From NCBI RefSeq assembly GCF_009914755.1, contig NC_060937.1: a stretch of 64,000 nt of DNA; one strand, given 5' to 3'. The translations under genes were made by a program, and so were the position numbers. The DNA comes from the human T2T-CHM13v2.0 reference genome, Homo sapiens. The notes below the pieces were generated by a model. It worked only from the letters and a program-made list of their open reading frames with translations, had not been told where the DNA came from and ran no database searches. This document shows positions 59,755 through 64,000 of the stretch, one piece after another (positions within the stretch are counted from its first letter, which is position 1; each line of letters starts with the position of its first letter).

Positions 59755-60515
59755 ATTTTATTGTTTCTTATTTTTTTAATTTTTTATAGATATAGTGGGC
59801 AAAAGTGCAGTTGTATTACATGGATATGTTGTGTAGTAGTGAAGTCTGGGCTTTTAGTGTAACCATCATCCAAATAGTGTACATTGTACCCATTTTGCAT
59901 ACCTCACCCCACTTCCACCTCCCACCTTCCTGAGTCTCCAGTGTCTATTATTCCACTCTCTAAGTCCATGAGTACCCATTGTTTAGCTCCCACTTATAAG
60001 TGAGAACATGTGATATTTGACTTTGTTTCTGATTAATTTCACTTAACATAATGTCCTCCACTTCCATCAATGTTGCTGTAAAAGACATGATTTGATTCAT
60101 TTTTATGGCTGAGTAGTATTCCATTGTGTATAATATAGACCACATTTTATCCAGTCTCCTATTGATGGACAATTAGGTTGATTCCATGTCTTTGTTTTTG
60201 TGAATAGTGCTGCGATAAACATACGACTACAGGTATCTTTTGATATAATGATTTATTTTCCTTTGGGTAAATACCAAATAGTGGAATTGCTGGGATAGTG
60301 GAATTTCCAAATACCAAGTGGGATTTCCTTTGGGAAATACCCAATAGTGGGATTGCTGGATCAAATGGTAGTTCTATTTTTAGTTCTTTCAGAAATCTCC
60401 ATACCATTTTCCATAGAAGTTGATTTATATTTCTACCAACAGTGTATAAGTGTTGCCTTTTCTCCACATCTTTGCCTGCATCTGTTATTTTTTGACTTTT
60501 TAATAAAGACATTTT
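59755..60515 (-). mobile_element. L1PB/L1MA-type 3' end (~760 bp)
   Basis: 3' UTR gtgcagttgtattacatggata...gaagtctgggcttttagtgtaacc; ORF2 C-terminal peptide [22 protein letters not shown]. Confidence 0.92.
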
Positions 60516-60554
60516 ATATAAATGGGTTAGTATTTTAAAAGTAGGGAAGTGGTA

Positions 60555-60846
60555 TTTTTTGGAGACAGAGTCTCGCTGCTCTATAGCCCAGGCTGGAGTG
60601 CAGTGGCACAGTCTCAGCTCACTACAACCTCTGCCTCCTGGGTTCAAGCAATTCTCCTCCTCAGCCTCCCAAGTAGCTGGGATCACAGGCATGCACCACC
60701 AAGCCCGGCTAATTTTTGTATTTTTAGTAGAAACGGGGTTTAGCCATGTTGGCCAGGCTGATCTCAAACTCCTGACCTCAATTGATTCCGTCTGCCTCGG
60801 TCTCCCAAAGTGCTGGGATTGCAGGCGTGACCCACCATGCCTGGCC
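60555..60846 (-). mobile_element. AluS
   Basis: Antisense dimeric Alu with a short T tail. Confidence 0.92.
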
Positions 60847-61410
60847 TGTATGGCTCATTTCTAATGTTGATTCTGCATTCAACTTGGAAAATGGAGGCAC
60901 AGGGAACAAATGCTACACTGTTACAAGCCCAGATGACAAATTATCCATTTTTATTGGTCCAGACATAGAGGCTTTGAATAAATATTCAGATGAGCAACAT
61001 TTTTCTATTTTCTTTTAAATATGGTCAAACTGTTACTCTTAATAATTATATTTCATTTCTGTGTACTAGAGATAGATGAAGCACAAGATGAGCAACTGAC
61101 GTATGAAACACAGTCCCTGAAGGATAATTAGATGGGACTGGACTGTTAACATCTCCCTGCATTTATTATGATCCTAATTTTAATGGCAAATATTCTCATA
61201 ACAGTAGAGAAATAATTGCATGGATGCAGTCACTCTCCCAGCAACTTAAATTTAGAATCTTTCTAAGAATATAATATTTTGTTCATTGAAATATTTCACG
61301 TAAAACTGGAAAAGTAGTCGTGTGCTAGCTTGAGCATTGAGCTGGCAACTGAGATTTGAATTCTGATAATAGGGCCAACATTAATTTGCTCTGTGGTAGT
61401 AGGTAAGTCC

Positions 61411-61698
<288 letters not shown>

Positions 61699-62074
61699 AG
61701 TAAGTCTTTTTGACCAGTTCACTATGCCTACTAGTGTTTCAATCCCCTCCTTTACCACCATCTCAATTATTTTTGTTTAATATACCTACCGTAGATCCCT
61801 GGTTCTACTATTTATCAGTGCAACTGCATTTTGCAACACTTCTCATGATTCCTGCCACCTAAACCCTGCCAAACACAGAATATAGTGTTCCAAAGTAGGA
61901 TCTCCCCCCAAATTTCTGTCTTTACAAACCAAAACCCATCTTAATAATAACACAGACTTTCTTCCCTTATTTTAGCCTCAGAAAATTCAAAGCTAACCAC
62001 TGTTTTCAGTAGCCTTTCCTTCTCTCTTTTGCAGAATTTCTGATTAATGAATTATTAGTTTTCTTTTCCTATCA

Positions 62075-62455
62075 TTGTAGCAACCGTGAGAGACTAAGTT
62101 ATGATGTGATAGCAAACTACCCCAACATACCATTGGTTGAGAACAATAACATTGTGTTTCTGTTTAGAACCTGTGCCATTTCAGATCAGCAGCCATTACT
62201 GCTTAACTTGCCTGGGCTTTAGGACTCAGAATGACAGGGCAGCCTTCCTCTGAAACATTGCCAGTCATCGTGCTAGAGGGAAACAGAAGCTGGCAAAACC
62301 TCATTCGTTCTTAAAGCTTCAGCCTAGAAGGAGCATACATAAATTCTGCCTACATTTTTTCAAACCCCAAACAAGTCCGATGACCAAAGCCAACTTCCAA
62401 GCGCCTGTGTGCCCAGAAGGTAGATAGACTCTCCAGAAACAAGCTCATTACCACA
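62075..62455 (-). mobile_element. Old MLT1 (K/L-type) LTR
   Basis: ggactcagaatgacagggcagcc...cttaaagcttcagcctagaag...caagtccgatgaccaaagccaac. Confidence 0.6.
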
Positions 62456-62643
62456 AAACCTTATCTCCTTCTTTTTATACCCAAATATTTTCAACTGTCT
62501 TCCACATTGAAACGAGCATACATAAGAACAAATCTTTAATTTTTCTTTTTTGGAATCTCTACTTATGGTTTCCCATGCTCTTTCTAATGCTCACTGTACA
62601 GCAAATGTGAAGTTCATTACTTTACTTCAAGTGTTTTAATTCC

Positions 62644-63225
62644 TATATGGGTTTGCTAGGGCTGTCATAACAAAATACCACAGACTGGGTGGCTTAAACA
62701 ACACAAATGAATTTCCTCAATAGTTCTGGGGTTGAAAGGTTCAAGATAAAGGTGTTGGCAGGTTTGGTTTCTGCAGAGGCTTCTCTCCTTGGCTTGCAGA
62801 TGGCTTCCTTCACCCGGTGTTTTCATGCGGCCTTTTCTCTGTGCCTGTGTGTCCCTGGTATCTCTTCGTCTTCTTATAAGGACACCAGTCATATTGGATT
62901 AGCATCTACCCATATGAACTCATTTAATTCTAATTATTTTTTTAATTTTTAAAATTTTATGTGTGGGTATGTATGTATGTATGTATGTATATATGTATGT
63001 ATGTATAGACAGGGTCTCACTATGTTGTCCAGGCTGGTCTCCAACTTCTAGGCTGAAGCAATCCTCCAGCCTCAGCCTCTCAAAGTGCTGGGATTATAGG
63101 CGTGAGCCACCACGCCTGGCCCCTGATTATTTCTTTAAAGGCCCTGTCTCCAAACACAGTTAGGATTTCAACATATGAATTTTTTTGTGGTGGTGGCAGG
63201 AGGTGATACAATTTAGTACATAATA
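62644..63225 (-). mobile_element. MLT1A/B LTR containing a FLAM/Alu monomer (about 62935-63122)
   Basis: gtttgctagggctgtcataacaaaataccacagactgggtggcttaaacaac...ttataaggacaccagtcatattggatt; monomer flanked by ct(a/g)attattt(t/c)tttaa. Confidence 0.88.
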
Positions 63226-63519
63226 ATTATGGTCACCACATATGAAGGACACTTTCAGTATTTTATTTAACCTCTCAGGATGGCATTTTGTACTGTGAAG
63301 AATCTACCTTCAAATTCACTCATTCTTTAGTTTTCATAGTGCTTTAACTTTGAAGTTTTCTTCCTTCGTTCTTTTCACTTTCAGCTCTTTTTGGCTTTTT
63401 ATTACTGCATATTACTTTCCTGAAAGATTTTCTCCATGTCCATTATTTCAGTCACTACCTGTATGGGTGGTGGGTCTCACGTCACATGTCCAGTCCACTA
63501 AGTTCCAAGGTTACATCTT

Positions 63520-63690
63520 TAACAGCAAACTTCCAGGATGTGCACAGTTCTTGAACCAGTAGCATCAACATCACATGAGTGCTGCTTTGAAATGTGCAGT
63601 CTTGAGCCCTGCCCTGGAACTACTGAATCTGAATCTGCATTTTGGTAAAATCCTCAGATGAGATTTACACCTAGTAAATTTGAAAGTAGC
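63520..63690. mobile_element. MER5-like MITE
   Basis: accagtagcatcaacatcacatgag...ctactgaatctgaatctgcatttt...aaatcctcagatga. Confidence 0.7.
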
Positions 63691-64000
63691 ATTCTGTTTG
63701 ATTTCTCTATCTAGACATTCCAAAGAAATCTCAAACTGAACATGTTGAGAATGAAACCATTAATTCCTTTGTCTTCACTCATGTATTAATTTGATGACTA
63801 TTTATTGGGGCTACTGTGTGTAAAGCCACTGCTCTATGATTTATGGCTGTGAACAAAACAAGCAAACAACAAAATGTCTGCCTGCCTGAATATTTTATTC
63901 TGGACCGTAGAGACAGTTAAGAAACAATAAGGCCTGATTAATCCGTATATTACATAAGTGGCTAGAAAGTGATGTGTGCCTTGGAAAGATGAAAATATCA

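Noticed and set aside
60159-60767. 202-aa minus-strand ORF
   Set aside because: Chimera of Alu translation and the L1 ORF2 C-terminus.

Overview
Human-type (primate) genomic DNA from inside the glypican-5 gene (GPC5, + strand). It holds two coding exons: exon 3 (3947-4641, 695 nt) and exon 4 (39253-39386, 134 nt, missed by the ORF track), separated by a 34.6-kb intron. The rest is intronic and repeat-rich: about 18 Alu pieces (mostly antisense), L1PA/PB/MA/MB fragments, L2, MIR, Tigger3, hAT MITEs, solo LTRs and a decayed ERVL pol region split by an L1. Nearly all other ORFs in the track are repeat-derived or chance. I found no new gene or new multi-gene system. The most interesting signals are (1) unusual splice architecture at exon 4: an AG|GT recursive-type acceptor, a tandemly duplicated donor with an immediate stop, and nearby poly(A) hexamers; (2) several short locally templated duplications, one bracketing exon 3; (3) an AluY fragment inverted relative to its own tail; (4) a strong CTCF motif and two motif-dense enhancer candidates. 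Repeat subfamily names, exon numbers and residue numbers come from recalled consensus/reference sequences and were not computed; boundaries of old repeats are approximate.
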